From IMG/VR virus record IMGVR_UViG_3300026097_000010, positions 32,001 to 96,000 of that record: a stretch of 64,000 bases of DNA, one strand, 5' to 3'. Below are positions 56,112-64,000 of the stretch, piece after piece. This DNA is from a virus. Position 1 is the stretch's first letter, and each line of letters starts with the position of its first letter. The notes below the pieces were generated by a model. That model searched no databases. It worked only from the letters and a program-made list of their open reading frames with translations, and had not been told where the DNA came from. The position numbers were made by a program, and so were the translations under genes.

Positions 56112-56957
56112 ATGACTGATTTACAAAATCAAGGAAATTTGTTAAGTCAATACTATAGACAGCCTAAAATTTATATAAGATTGCCTTCTAATGGCGAATT
56201 TTACCCCGATGGAGCACTTGATAAAAGTGAAAACGGTGAGTATGCCGTATACGGCATGACAGCAAAGGACGAACTAATGTTTAAAACGCCCGATGCACTG
56301 TTAAGCGGCCAAAGCACCGTGGAAGTAATTAAAAGCTGTGTACCTGCTATTAAAGACCCTTGGCAAATGCCTACCTTAGATGTAGACACAGTGTTAGTTG
56401 CTATTAGAATTGCAACATTCGGCGATAAAATGGAAATGTCTTCTACTTGTACAGAATGCACAGAATCAAATGACTACGAACTAGACTTAACTAATCTTCT
56501 ATCTAGCTTAGGCAACATCGAATATAACTCAGTTATCGATGTTGATCCTTTAAAAATACATATACGTCCTTATACATACCGAGAAATGACAAAAACTGCT
56601 TTAAAGACTTTTGAACAACAAAGAATCTTTCAAATTATCAACGACGACTCGATGTCCGACGAACAAAAAGTCGATATGTTTGGTCAAAGTTTTGTAAAAA
56701 TTACAGAACTTTCGGTAGATATCATTGCAGGTTGTATCTATGCAATCGAAACACCTCAAGGCACTGTGCAAGATCAAGCACAAATTAAAGATTTTATCAA
56801 TAATACAACTAAAGAAATATTTGACACAATTAGCAATCATATTCAAGCAATGAAAAGTCGTAACGAAATCGAGCCTGTCGACGTTACCTGTACAGGTTGT
56901 GGACATGAATACAAACAACCGTTTACGATGGATCAAGCAAATTTTTTCGATCGATGA
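56112..56957 (+). CDS. baseplate hub / tail assembly chaperone (gp26-like)
   Basis: IRLPSNG, MTAKDEL, DVDTVLVAIRIAT, two CxxC pairs, ends NFF. Start moved to MTDLQNQ after a GGAG SD. Confidence 0.8.
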   Translation: MTDLQNQGNLLSQYYRQPKIYIRLPSNGEFYPDGALDKSENGEYAVYGMTAKDELMFKTPDALLSGQSTVEVIKSCVPAIKDPWQMPTLDVDTVLVAIRIATFGDKMEMSSTCTECTESNDYELDLTNLLSSLGNIEYNSVIDVDPLKIHIRPYTYREMTKTALKTFEQQRIFQIINDDSMSDEQKVDMFGQSFVKITELSVDIIAGCIYAIETPQGTVQDQAQIKDFINNTTKEIFDTISNHIQAMKSRNEIEPVDVTCTGCGHEYKQPFTMDQANFFDR

Positions 56958-57175
56958 TCCTTACGCAAACCGAGTCTGAAATTAGAGATTTTTCAGAGCG
57001 TTTGGATCAAGATGCCAAGGCAATTAAAAAAGAAGCATTAAAAATGTCTTGGTATATGAGAGGAATGGGCTACTCGGAAGCTATGAATTTATCCTACGAC
57101 GAACGAGAAATAGTATCAGACATTATCAAAGAAAACCTAGAAACAACTAAGAAGTCAGGACTACCGTTCTTTTAA
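56954..57175 (+). CDS. baseplate hub assembly protein (gp51-like); possible frameshift extension of the upstream ORF
   Basis: YSEAMNLSYDERE motif. Lies in the -1 frame relative to the upstream gene. Confidence 0.65.
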   Translation: MILTQTESEIRDFSERLDQDAKAIKKEALKMSWYMRGMGYSEAMNLSYDEREIVSDIIKENLETTKKSGLPFF

Positions 57176-58002
57176 GCGGTAGTCGCTGTTGCTGTCTTCG
57201 GTTTTGGAGTAATCTTAGGTTGTTTTTTACCAACCTGTGAAGTCATATTGGTAAATTTTTGGTTGTAGCCCATTTGCTGTCCTGCTTTTTGACCCGTTGT
57301 TGCTGTACTTGCTGTACTTGATGTAGCATCTTTTGCTGTATTTCCACCTTGAGCAGTTGTGTTCTGTGTTTGATCACCGCCTTGAACATTAATATTAATG
57401 TTGTTAGGCTGTGTTGGAGACTGTTGTTGCTGTTGTTGATCTTGTCCAGAACCTTTTTTAGCGTCTAACCCTGCAATTTCTTTTTCTAGCATTTTTCTAA
57501 TTTGTGCTCTTTGCTGTCCAGTTAATCCTGATAGCATATCCTGAGCTTGTTTGTAATTTGTAGCTCTGTTTGGATCCGGTTCTGGAGTTGGAGTTGGTCC
57601 AGGAGTTGGCGTTGGCGTTGGAGTCGGTCCGGGTGTTGGCGTTGGAGTCGGTCCGGGTGTTGGTGTTGGCTGTGGAGTAACTCCTTGAGTACCACCAGCT
57701 CCGCCACTTGTTCCATCAGCACCATCAGCACCATCAGCACCGTCTTTTCCAGAATCGCCATCACTTCCGCCGTCTAAGCTTGTAGTCTTGTAACCTGCTT
57801 TAACACCTTTAGTAAATGCTTTACCTAACCCTGCTAGACCTCCAATTGCGGCACCAGCACCTTTAGCAACTGTACCTGCGGCTGTGCCAGCACCTTTAAC
57901 TATCTTACCACCAATTTCTTTGGCTTTATCTAGCTTAGGACCTTCTGCCAGATATTCTAGTTCGTTAATTTCAGATTCTGTTAAAAAGTCATTGAATTTC
58001 AT
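57172..58002 (-). CDS. low-complexity hypothetical protein, probable internal head protein
   Basis: MKFNDFLTE start, G/A-rich helix, DGA and PT repeats, Q-rich tail. Confidence 0.6.
   Translation of the reverse strand: MKFNDFLTESEINELEYLAEGPKLDKAKEIGGKIVKGAGTAAGTVAKGAGAAIGGLAGLGKAFTKGVKAGYKTTSLDGGSDGDSGKDGADGADGADGTSGGAGGTQGVTPQPTPTPGPTPTPTPGPTPTPTPTPGPTPTPEPDPNRATNYKQAQDMLSGLTGQQRAQIRKMLEKEIAGLDAKKGSGQDQQQQQQSPTQPNNININVQGGDQTQNTTAQGGNTAKDATSSTASTATTGQKAGQQMGYNQKFTNMTSQVGKKQPKITPKPKTATATTA
57583..57740. repeat. coding tandem repeats (Pro-Thr linker and DGA triplets)
   Basis: Exact 24-bp tandem duplication GTTGGCGTTGGAGTCGGTCCGGGT (57611-57658) and CCATCAGCA x3. Confidence 0.85.
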
Positions 58003-59795
58003 GCTGTTGGTCCTGTTGTTTGATATCCACCTTGTTTAATTCCTGCTGGTTGGGTAGCTGGTTTCTTAGCAGGAGCTTTTGTCGTTGTAGAAGATGGTTG
58101 CGATCTACCTAGATATTTTAAAAGTCTACGCTTGTCTTTTGCTGTTAATTTGGCAATATGAGCTTTAACGTCGTTATACGAAAATCCTTGAGCGGCTTTC
58201 TTTCCACCAGCTCCGCCTGTTTGGCCAGTAGGAGATGTTTTTCCTCCAGTAGCACCACCTGTTTGGCTAGCACCACCGTCTTTTGCTTTTGTAGCATTAT
58301 CTTGTTTTGCGTTAGGATCAGTTTGCTTAGGTGCCGCAGGAACTTTCAATTTCATTTGCTTGTATACTGGAGTAATTACTTCGTCGTTAACTCCTTGCTG
58401 ACGTAAAAAGTTTGCCAATTCATTTGAATCTGTAGGCGATCCTGCTTTTTTCCACGCTTTGTTTAGTTTATCTGCGGTAATTTTTGTGGTTAGATTCTTG
58501 CCCATTCGTGAAAAGAAGCCAGGCTTCTTTTCTTTTTGTTCAGGCTCACCTTCGGGTGCTGGCTTAGCATCTTGCTCTGCTTCTGCTTCAGAAAGTATTT
58601 GGATTCTTTCCAGTGTGTTAAAGACCAAATAAACCTGTCCTTCACTGAGTTTAGACTTGTAAAACTCTGTGCTTTCTTTTTTAGATTCACCGTCTTGCAC
58701 AGGTTCACCTTCAACTTTAACATCTTTGCTGTCAAATTTACCTTGTATTGAACCTTGTGCTAGTGCCGCGACAGCATCGTTAACTTTAGTCATTCCTTGT
58801 AAAAACGCATCGTTCTGTTGAGCAACTTCTTTTGCTACAGCATTAATAGCATTTACATTGTCTAAGTATTCGTTAACATCGAACGAATCAGCAAACATTG
58901 ATATTTCTCTAAATGCATCTACATCACCTGCGGCTGCTTTTTCTACAAGAGCCTGTAGTTCAGGCACCATGTCTTCAGGAACGAATATACCAAGGATTGT
59001 GTCTTTAAATGAATAACCCGGCATTTCAAGTGTGTGGGTAAGATTTACATCTACCTTGGCTATTCCAGGTGCTTTATCGTACGGAATAACATCGGCTCTG
59101 ATACCTTCTAGCCAATCGCCAATTCCTTCCAGTGCCCAACCTGCCATAGCACCATATGCAGCAGTCTTTACTGACTTACCAACGGCTGTGGATAGTTTTT
59201 CACCTTTGAGCAATTCATTGGCCGATCTTAAAAAGAAACCAGCGGCAGCACCACCTGCTGGTCCAGCGGCAAACGCCGCGGCAGCGGTTAAAATACCAAC
59301 TGCTAGACTTGCTTTTCCTGGATTGGCTTTTGCCCAATCAGAAACTGACTTGATTCTTTTTGCTACTTCGGGATTATCTGTGGAAATCTTTTTCTTTAGT
59401 TCTTCGAACTTGGCATCTATATTTTTAATAGGACCAGCATTTTGAACCATTCTGCCTAGCTCATTGATTTTATCGTCAATGGCTGATACAACTTTACCTG
59501 GTAATTTAGCGGCATCTACGCCTTTTCCTACCATGGTTCTGTTACTGCCACTTGCTGTAGCACCTTGCTCTACATTGCCAAATATCTGTTGGATTTGATC
59601 AGCTGATAATGTTGCTTCCATTAATCGCAATTCAGCAATAAGAGGTTCAAACCCATTATAAAATTCATAAACAACTTTGCGTTGCTTGGTTGTAAGTCCA
59701 CTCATTGATTCGATAAGAATCTTACGAGATTCATACATCTGTGCTTCAACAAGAGACTGTCGTGATTCTACAATTGTAACTTCATTTAGTTTCAT
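57999..59795 (-). CDS. hypothetical protein, probable internal head/ejection protein
   Basis: MKLNEV start, several L-x-E sites, hydrophobic Ala/Gly hairpin LAVGILTAAAAFAAGPAGGAAAGFFL. Confidence 0.55.
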   Translation of the reverse strand: MKLNEVTIVESRQSLVEAQMYESRKILIESMSGLTTKQRKVVYEFYNGFEPLIAELRLMEATLSADQIQQIFGNVEQGATASGSNRTMVGKGVDAAKLPGKVVSAIDDKINELGRMVQNAGPIKNIDAKFEELKKKISTDNPEVAKRIKSVSDWAKANPGKASLAVGILTAAAAFAAGPAGGAAAGFFLRSANELLKGEKLSTAVGKSVKTAAYGAMAGWALEGIGDWLEGIRADVIPYDKAPGIAKVDVNLTHTLEMPGYSFKDTILGIFVPEDMVPELQALVEKAAAGDVDAFREISMFADSFDVNEYLDNVNAINAVAKEVAQQNDAFLQGMTKVNDAVAALAQGSIQGKFDSKDVKVEGEPVQDGESKKESTEFYKSKLSEGQVYLVFNTLERIQILSEAEAEQDAKPAPEGEPEQKEKKPGFFSRMGKNLTTKITADKLNKAWKKAGSPTDSNELANFLRQQGVNDEVITPVYKQMKLKVPAAPKQTDPNAKQDNATKAKDGGASQTGGATGGKTSPTGQTGGAGGKKAAQGFSYNDVKAHIAKLTAKDKRRLLKYLGRSQPSSTTTKAPAKKPATQPAGIKQGGYQTTGPTA

Positions 59796-59839
59796 TTTTT
59801 ATAATTCCGAAATATTATAATTTATTTATCGCATATTAA

Positions 59840-60328
59840 CTAGAGAACGATCTAAAGATCGTTTGCGTTATCGCTTACGCTCAACGCATTTTTTTTAATT
59901 ATTAACTGCGAAGCAGTTTTAGTATTATCTAGATTGTTCGGTCATAAAGAGCCCGTTGCGGGGCTCAATATTTTCTGCACATTATCTGAGTTGCACAGTC
60001 ATAACAGCATTAGGATTATATGTATTGCTACACTCGCAGGCGGTTGGCCGATACCTGCTCATCCCGTTCGAGTTTCTAGTTGTCCAACGGCAGCCATGTA
60101 TATAAAATGCTGTCTTTTATACATGACCTGGGTTTGTTCCCATCCTTAGCCTATAAAATTTTGTTCTAAACGCATCAAACTGGTTAATTAGGCATATCCA
60201 GTCATCATCATCTGGTAGTGATACGAGTCTCCGCCGTCAAACGAATATTCAATTCCCTGCGCAACTCTGGTGCCAGGTGTAAGTCCACTATAACTGCGCC
60301 AGTGGAGGCTTAATTGACGGTGTTTTGC
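59840..60328 (-). ncRNA. candidate large structured non-coding RNA
   Basis: ORF-free ~490 nt with more than 10 stems, two possible pseudoknots, a GCAA tetraloop and G-U pairs that work only on the minus strand. Confidence 0.65.
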
Positions 60329-60754
60329 CTATAATTTTTTAAGATGTTCTTTAAGAATGTTTGAACTGCCTACACGCACATTGATAATACCGTTATAGTA
60401 TTCATCCGTTTCTAGTACACGCCTGTCGAATTGCTCTTTAGCCTCTAGATAACTTAATACGCCTCTGCTAGGACAAAAATGAAGGATTTCTCTTGTGAAT
60501 TTGTCTGGGCCTAATGCCTTTACATCAGCATTTAGATGATCTGAAGATCCCCAATAGTCTCTCCAGTCACTTTCTACTGTGCTACGCCTTTTATTTTTTC
60601 TGCCTTTGAGTGGTGGTCTAGTTTTTTTGAATCGTGCTAGTTTTTTGCCTATGTATTTTTTATTGTTAGTAATATTTGTGATCAGATAGACAAAGCCTTC
60701 GCAATCTTTAGGAAGTTCTTGTACTATTTGACCGTTGTAAGTCCACTCTGACAT
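60329..60754 (-). CDS. small GIY-YIG family nuclease
   Basis: GFVYLITN-x4-KKYIGKK, YWGSS, FTREIL, E...YYN. Confidence 0.85.
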   Translation of the reverse strand: MSEWTYNGQIVQELPKDCEGFVYLITNITNNKKYIGKKLARFKKTRPPLKGRKNKRRSTVESDWRDYWGSSDHLNADVKALGPDKFTREILHFCPSRGVLSYLEAKEQFDRRVLETDEYYNGIINVRVGSSNILKEHLKKL

Positions 60755-60759
60755 CAGAC

Positions 60760-60987
60760 TTACTTAGTTTTCTTCGGTCTCCCTACCATGCCTTTTCTGG
60801 CGGCCTTTCGCGCTTCACGCTTTGCTTGTATTTCTTTGCGCCTCTCGGAAGCATGGTTTCTAATTTCACTCAGCCAAAAACGTGCTTTAATACCTGCTTC
60901 GTCAGAGCCTTTGTATTCAAAGTTTGTTTGCCATTTGAAGTATTCTTGGAATGCTTCAATCATTTTATCGTGACTGTCAGTGGCCAT
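60760..60987 (-). CDS. small basic hypothetical protein
   Basis: 75 aa, helical, K/R-rich tail, coupled to gp46. Confidence 0.7.
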   Translation of the reverse strand: MATDSHDKMIEAFQEYFKWQTNFEYKGSDEAGIKARFWLSEIRNHASERRKEIQAKREARKAARKGMVGRPKKTK

Positions 60988-62762
60988 TACACTATATCTA
61001 CATCCGTTGAGTAGGAAGTGAATCCGTTTTCCTTGATCACTTTCAGAACTTGGCTGACTCTATTAGTTAAGTCATCTCTGTGAGATATTAAAAACACATT
61101 TTTGTCACGCTCACGGGTCATCTTTTTCAGCACACTTATGCTGTTTTCAACACCGTTCGCATCTAATCCGTTGTCAATCAGTTCGTCAATGAACAACAGG
61201 TTGATCGAGTGATACAGATTTTCCCACACATCTCTAAACGCAAAACTTAAAGACAGGATTAATCTGTTGCGTTCACCTCTTGATAGATTGTCAAAATCTA
61301 AATCCTGACCTAACTGTGTGATAATCACGCTGAGGTCATTTTGAAACTCCACTAGATGTGGCAGACCTGTCTTGTTCAAATAGTATGTAAGACGTTGATT
61401 TAAAAATGCAAGATTCTGATCGATAATGCGTTTGCGAATATAACTGTCCTTGTTGGTAAGCAGTTTGTATAAAAACTCTTGATGCTCTTTGATCCGAGTA
61501 AGTTCATTGACAGTGTCCCAGTTAATTTCTTGCATTGCACTGTCTTTCAGTTCTGCAATTTGATCGTCGTAAGGATTGGTTTCTGTGTTTTTGTTCTCTA
61601 ATTCTTTTTCTAATCCGTCAATCGTTGCTCTATGATTAAGAGCTTCTTCTAACGTACTGTATTCTACACTGGGACAATCACCGAGTTCTCCAATCAAAGA
61701 CAGTGCTTCATTATAATCTCCAAGCTCACTAGACTGTGTATCCACACGCTTTTGATAGTCAGCAACCTGCTCTGCTTTTTTCTCAACCATCGATTCGTGC
61801 TGATCGTCGTGAACTTCTTGACCGCAAGCGTGGCACTTGTGATCTGCCAGTTTTTCCAATTCGATTTGCAATTTGTCTAAATGACGTTGATCATTTTCTA
61901 CCTGTGTAACCAATCTTGCGACTGTTTTTTCAAGCTGATCTTTTTCTCTCTTGTGTTCACGCCATTGCTGTAGTGCTTTTTGTTTTTCAATTTCTACATC
62001 AATATCAATATGATCCAAGACAGAAATACTCTGTGCAATGTCTTTGAGAGACTGTGCTTTGTTATCATCCCACATACGCTTCTTGCGTTCAAGGCTTTCG
62101 ATGCTTTGTTGTATACGTTCGTTTGATGCTTTAATTGCTTCAATTTTGGTAGTTTCTGTCTGTATTTCGTCTTTGGTAAATTTAATCTGTTCTTTGAGAT
62201 TTTCTGCTTTTTCTGAAAGCATAGTAATACCCAGTAACTGTTCAATGATAGCTCGTTGGTCATTACTTCGCATACTCAAAAACGGTTCAGTATATGTGTT
62301 CAATGCCACAAGATGCTTGAACATATCGTGACTCATTCCGAACAGTTCTTCGATAGACTTTTGTGTTTCTCGGCTATCGCCTTGACTTTCGTCAGCATCT
62401 TCGGGTGTGTGTTCGTGACCGTTTACACTTAATTTTAGAAAATTGGGTTTGCGTCCACGTTCAATATGATATTCAACGCCGTCCTTTTCAAAGGAACATG
62501 TAACCAGCATATTCTTGCCATTGATTTTGTTAATAAGATTGTCTTTTTTAATATTAGTCAATGCAGAACCGTAAATGGCATAAGAAAGCCCGTTCACAAT
62601 GGTAGTTTTACCTGTTCCGTTTCTAGCACCACCATCATCGCCTCCTAGATCTAAGTTCTCACCTAACACCAAAGTAAGATGACCTTTATCAAAATCAATA
62701 GCCTGCGTTTGATTGCCCACACTCATAAAATTTTGTACTGTTAGTGTCTTGATTTTAATCAT
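60987..62762 (-). CDS. recombination endonuclease ATPase subunit (gp46/Rad50/SbcC-like)
   Basis: NFMSVGN, NGTGKTT, CHACGQ zinc hook, LSRGE signature, LLFIDE, ISH. Confidence 0.96.
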   Translation of the reverse strand: MIKIKTLTVQNFMSVGNQTQAIDFDKGHLTLVLGENLDLGGDDGGARNGTGKTTIVNGLSYAIYGSALTNIKKDNLINKINGKNMLVTCSFEKDGVEYHIERGRKPNFLKLSVNGHEHTPEDADESQGDSRETQKSIEELFGMSHDMFKHLVALNTYTEPFLSMRSNDQRAIIEQLLGITMLSEKAENLKEQIKFTKDEIQTETTKIEAIKASNERIQQSIESLERKKRMWDDNKAQSLKDIAQSISVLDHIDIDVEIEKQKALQQWREHKREKDQLEKTVARLVTQVENDQRHLDKLQIELEKLADHKCHACGQEVHDDQHESMVEKKAEQVADYQKRVDTQSSELGDYNEALSLIGELGDCPSVEYSTLEEALNHRATIDGLEKELENKNTETNPYDDQIAELKDSAMQEINWDTVNELTRIKEHQEFLYKLLTNKDSYIRKRIIDQNLAFLNQRLTYYLNKTGLPHLVEFQNDLSVIITQLGQDLDFDNLSRGERNRLILSLSFAFRDVWENLYHSINLLFIDELIDNGLDANGVENSISVLKKMTRERDKNVFLISHRDDLTNRVSQVLKVIKENGFTSYSTDVDIV

Positions 62763-63769
62763 AAGTTTTGATAGATATCCAGTAATATTTTTTGATCGTA
62801 ATTTTCACTTTCGATTTGATTGAGCTGATTCATCACAATAGTATCAACACTTTCAAAGTTTAAATCAATAGGCTCTGATTGTGAATCCAGTTCTACTTTT
62901 TCTGGAATCATCATTAGTTCGCGAAGCCCGTATCTAGGAATAAGTTCTTCTTTAATAAAGTTTGCTTCTTCAAACGAAATTTCAACATCGATCGTTGCTC
63001 GAACATGCATTTTTTCTCGGAGAACAGAATCTGTGTCTTCTAGTAATTCACTGAGTTTCATGGTTCTGTAAACAGGCTGTTCAGGCCACGCTTCGTACTC
63101 AGGTACGCCTCCCCATTCTAAGGTCATCATTCCTCGATCATCGTCCCACGCATCTGCATAATTGTGCGGAAATGCATTGCCCATATACACAATATTGCCT
63201 TTTTGCTGACGTTTGTGAAAATGACCTGAAAACACATATTCTGCATTTTGAAAGTGACTAGAACGGAGAGTTCCGTGATCTGGCATTTGTACCATTGCAT
63301 TCATATAGAAACTAGGCAGTTCAAAATGTCCAAACATATATCTTGAAGTGTCTTTTTCAATCAGCTTCCATTCGTCACCCACTAACCAGGGAAATATAGT
63401 TACTTCGCCTTCTGTGAATGGTTCTCTGATAGGAACAACATTAGGAAACAGTCGCATAAACTCCACTGAGTTAATCTCACGCTTGTCTTTGTAAAACAGA
63501 TCGTGATTTCCTAGAATAAAATATACTTTTTCAAAGTTTTTGCTCAGTGTTTCTAGATTGCTCAGAGTATAGTTCATTGTGGATACATCTGTAGAACTAC
63601 GATTGTGATGCCAGTCGCCTAAAAAGATACAGGTTTCTGCACCTTTTTCTTGTGCTCTTTTACAGAACCAATCCACAAACTGTTCACAGTCGATATTGTG
63701 AACTCTGCTACCGCTTTTCATACCAAAATGAATATCGGTAAAGCAGGCCGCTTTTTTAAATAAAGACAT
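62759..63769 (-). CDS. recombination endonuclease nuclease subunit (gp47/Mre11/SbcD-like)
   Basis: TDIHFG, LGDW, GNHD, GHFE, SGHFH metallophosphoesterase motifs. Confidence 0.96.
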   Translation of the reverse strand: MSLFKKAACFTDIHFGMKSGSRVHNIDCEQFVDWFCKRAQEKGAETCIFLGDWHHNRSSTDVSTMNYTLSNLETLSKNFEKVYFILGNHDLFYKDKREINSVEFMRLFPNVVPIREPFTEGEVTIFPWLVGDEWKLIEKDTSRYMFGHFELPSFYMNAMVQMPDHGTLRSSHFQNAEYVFSGHFHKRQQKGNIVYMGNAFPHNYADAWDDDRGMMTLEWGGVPEYEAWPEQPVYRTMKLSELLEDTDSVLREKMHVRATIDVEISFEEANFIKEELIPRYGLRELMMIPEKVELDSQSEPIDLNFESVDTIVMNQLNQIESENYDQKILLDIYQNL

Positions 63770-63786
63770 TATCTACCTCCATTAAG

Positions 63787-63815
63787 AGTATAGTTTAAAT
63801 TTAAATAAAAGTCAA
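63787..63815 (-). promoter_or_regulatory. sigma70-type promoter for the gp47-gp46 operon
   Basis: TTGACT-N17-TATACT on the minus strand, then GGAGGT SD. Confidence 0.8.
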
Positions 63816-64000
63816 TCATTCGTCCCCGCTTGTGCCTCTTTCTTGGGTAAGTCCATTATCTCTACCTTCGTTCTGTCTGGTCCAACTAGGATTCATACCA
63901 TTCATTTCTAAAATATCGTCACGAATGTTTTGATTGCGTTTTTCAATGTTAATGATCCTTACAAATGAATTTGTAACAGCCGCAGTGTAGTATGCAAAAG
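63816..64000 (-). CDS. late transcription sigma factor (gp55-like), C-terminal fragment
   Basis: Manual translation FAYYTAAVTNSFVRIINIEKRNQNIRDDILE...GDE* matches the gp55 (NP)FAY-x-T motif. Sits upstream of gp47 as in T4-like genomes. Confidence 0.8.
   Translation of the reverse strand, partial: FAYYTAAVTNSFVRIINIEKRNQNIRDDILEMNGMNPSWTRQNEGRDNGLTQERGTSGDE

Noticed and set aside
57583-57740. CRISPR-like or regulatory repeat array
   Set aside because: Repeats are contiguous, have no spacers and encode Pro-Thr and DGA linkers.
59934-60149. 71-aa + strand ORF in the long intergenic region
   Set aside because: Non-ATG start, no SD, atypical composition. The region is better explained by minus-strand RNA structure.
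59840-60328. tmRNA, tRNA cluster or group I intron associated with the GIY-YIG gene
   Set aside because: No tRNA-like acceptor or T-arm ends, no tag ORF, no recognisable P7 core motifs, and no interrupted host gene. Not formally excluded without a covariance-model search.
1-64000. Stop-codon reassignment or selenocysteine recoding
   Set aside because: Core genes are full length in the standard code and TAA, TGA and TAG all occur as stops. The Cys-rich genes have no in-frame TGA.

Overview
The window comes from a large T4-superfamily (jumbo-type) contractile-tailed phage and is almost entirely its late, virion-morphogenesis region. It contains large and probable small terminase, gp4-like head completion nuclease, tail tube, an enlarged tail sheath, neck proteins (gp13/14/15-like), a long fibre/appendage cluster with two giant paralogous proteins, major capsid protein, scaffold, prohead protease, portal, a probable tape measure and a gp26/gp51-like pair. 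It ends with gp46, gp47 and the C-terminus of a gp55-like late sigma factor. Most notable: (1) a ~500-nt ORF-free, densely base-paired region starting right after the stop codon of a small GIY-YIG nuclease, a candidate large ncRNA or RNA-primed origin; (2) four tandem, very Cys-rich, glycine-rich-domain paralogues next to a glycosyltransferase-like gene and a carbamoyltransferase; (3) a recurrent late-promoter box usually 5 nt before ATG with no Shine-Dalgarno, implying leaderless late mRNAs; (4) a T-TTT-TTC -1 frameshift site that would fuse the gp26-like and gp51-like ORFs; (5) two structured 5' leaders. All calls come from reading motifs by eye; no database search or folding program was run.
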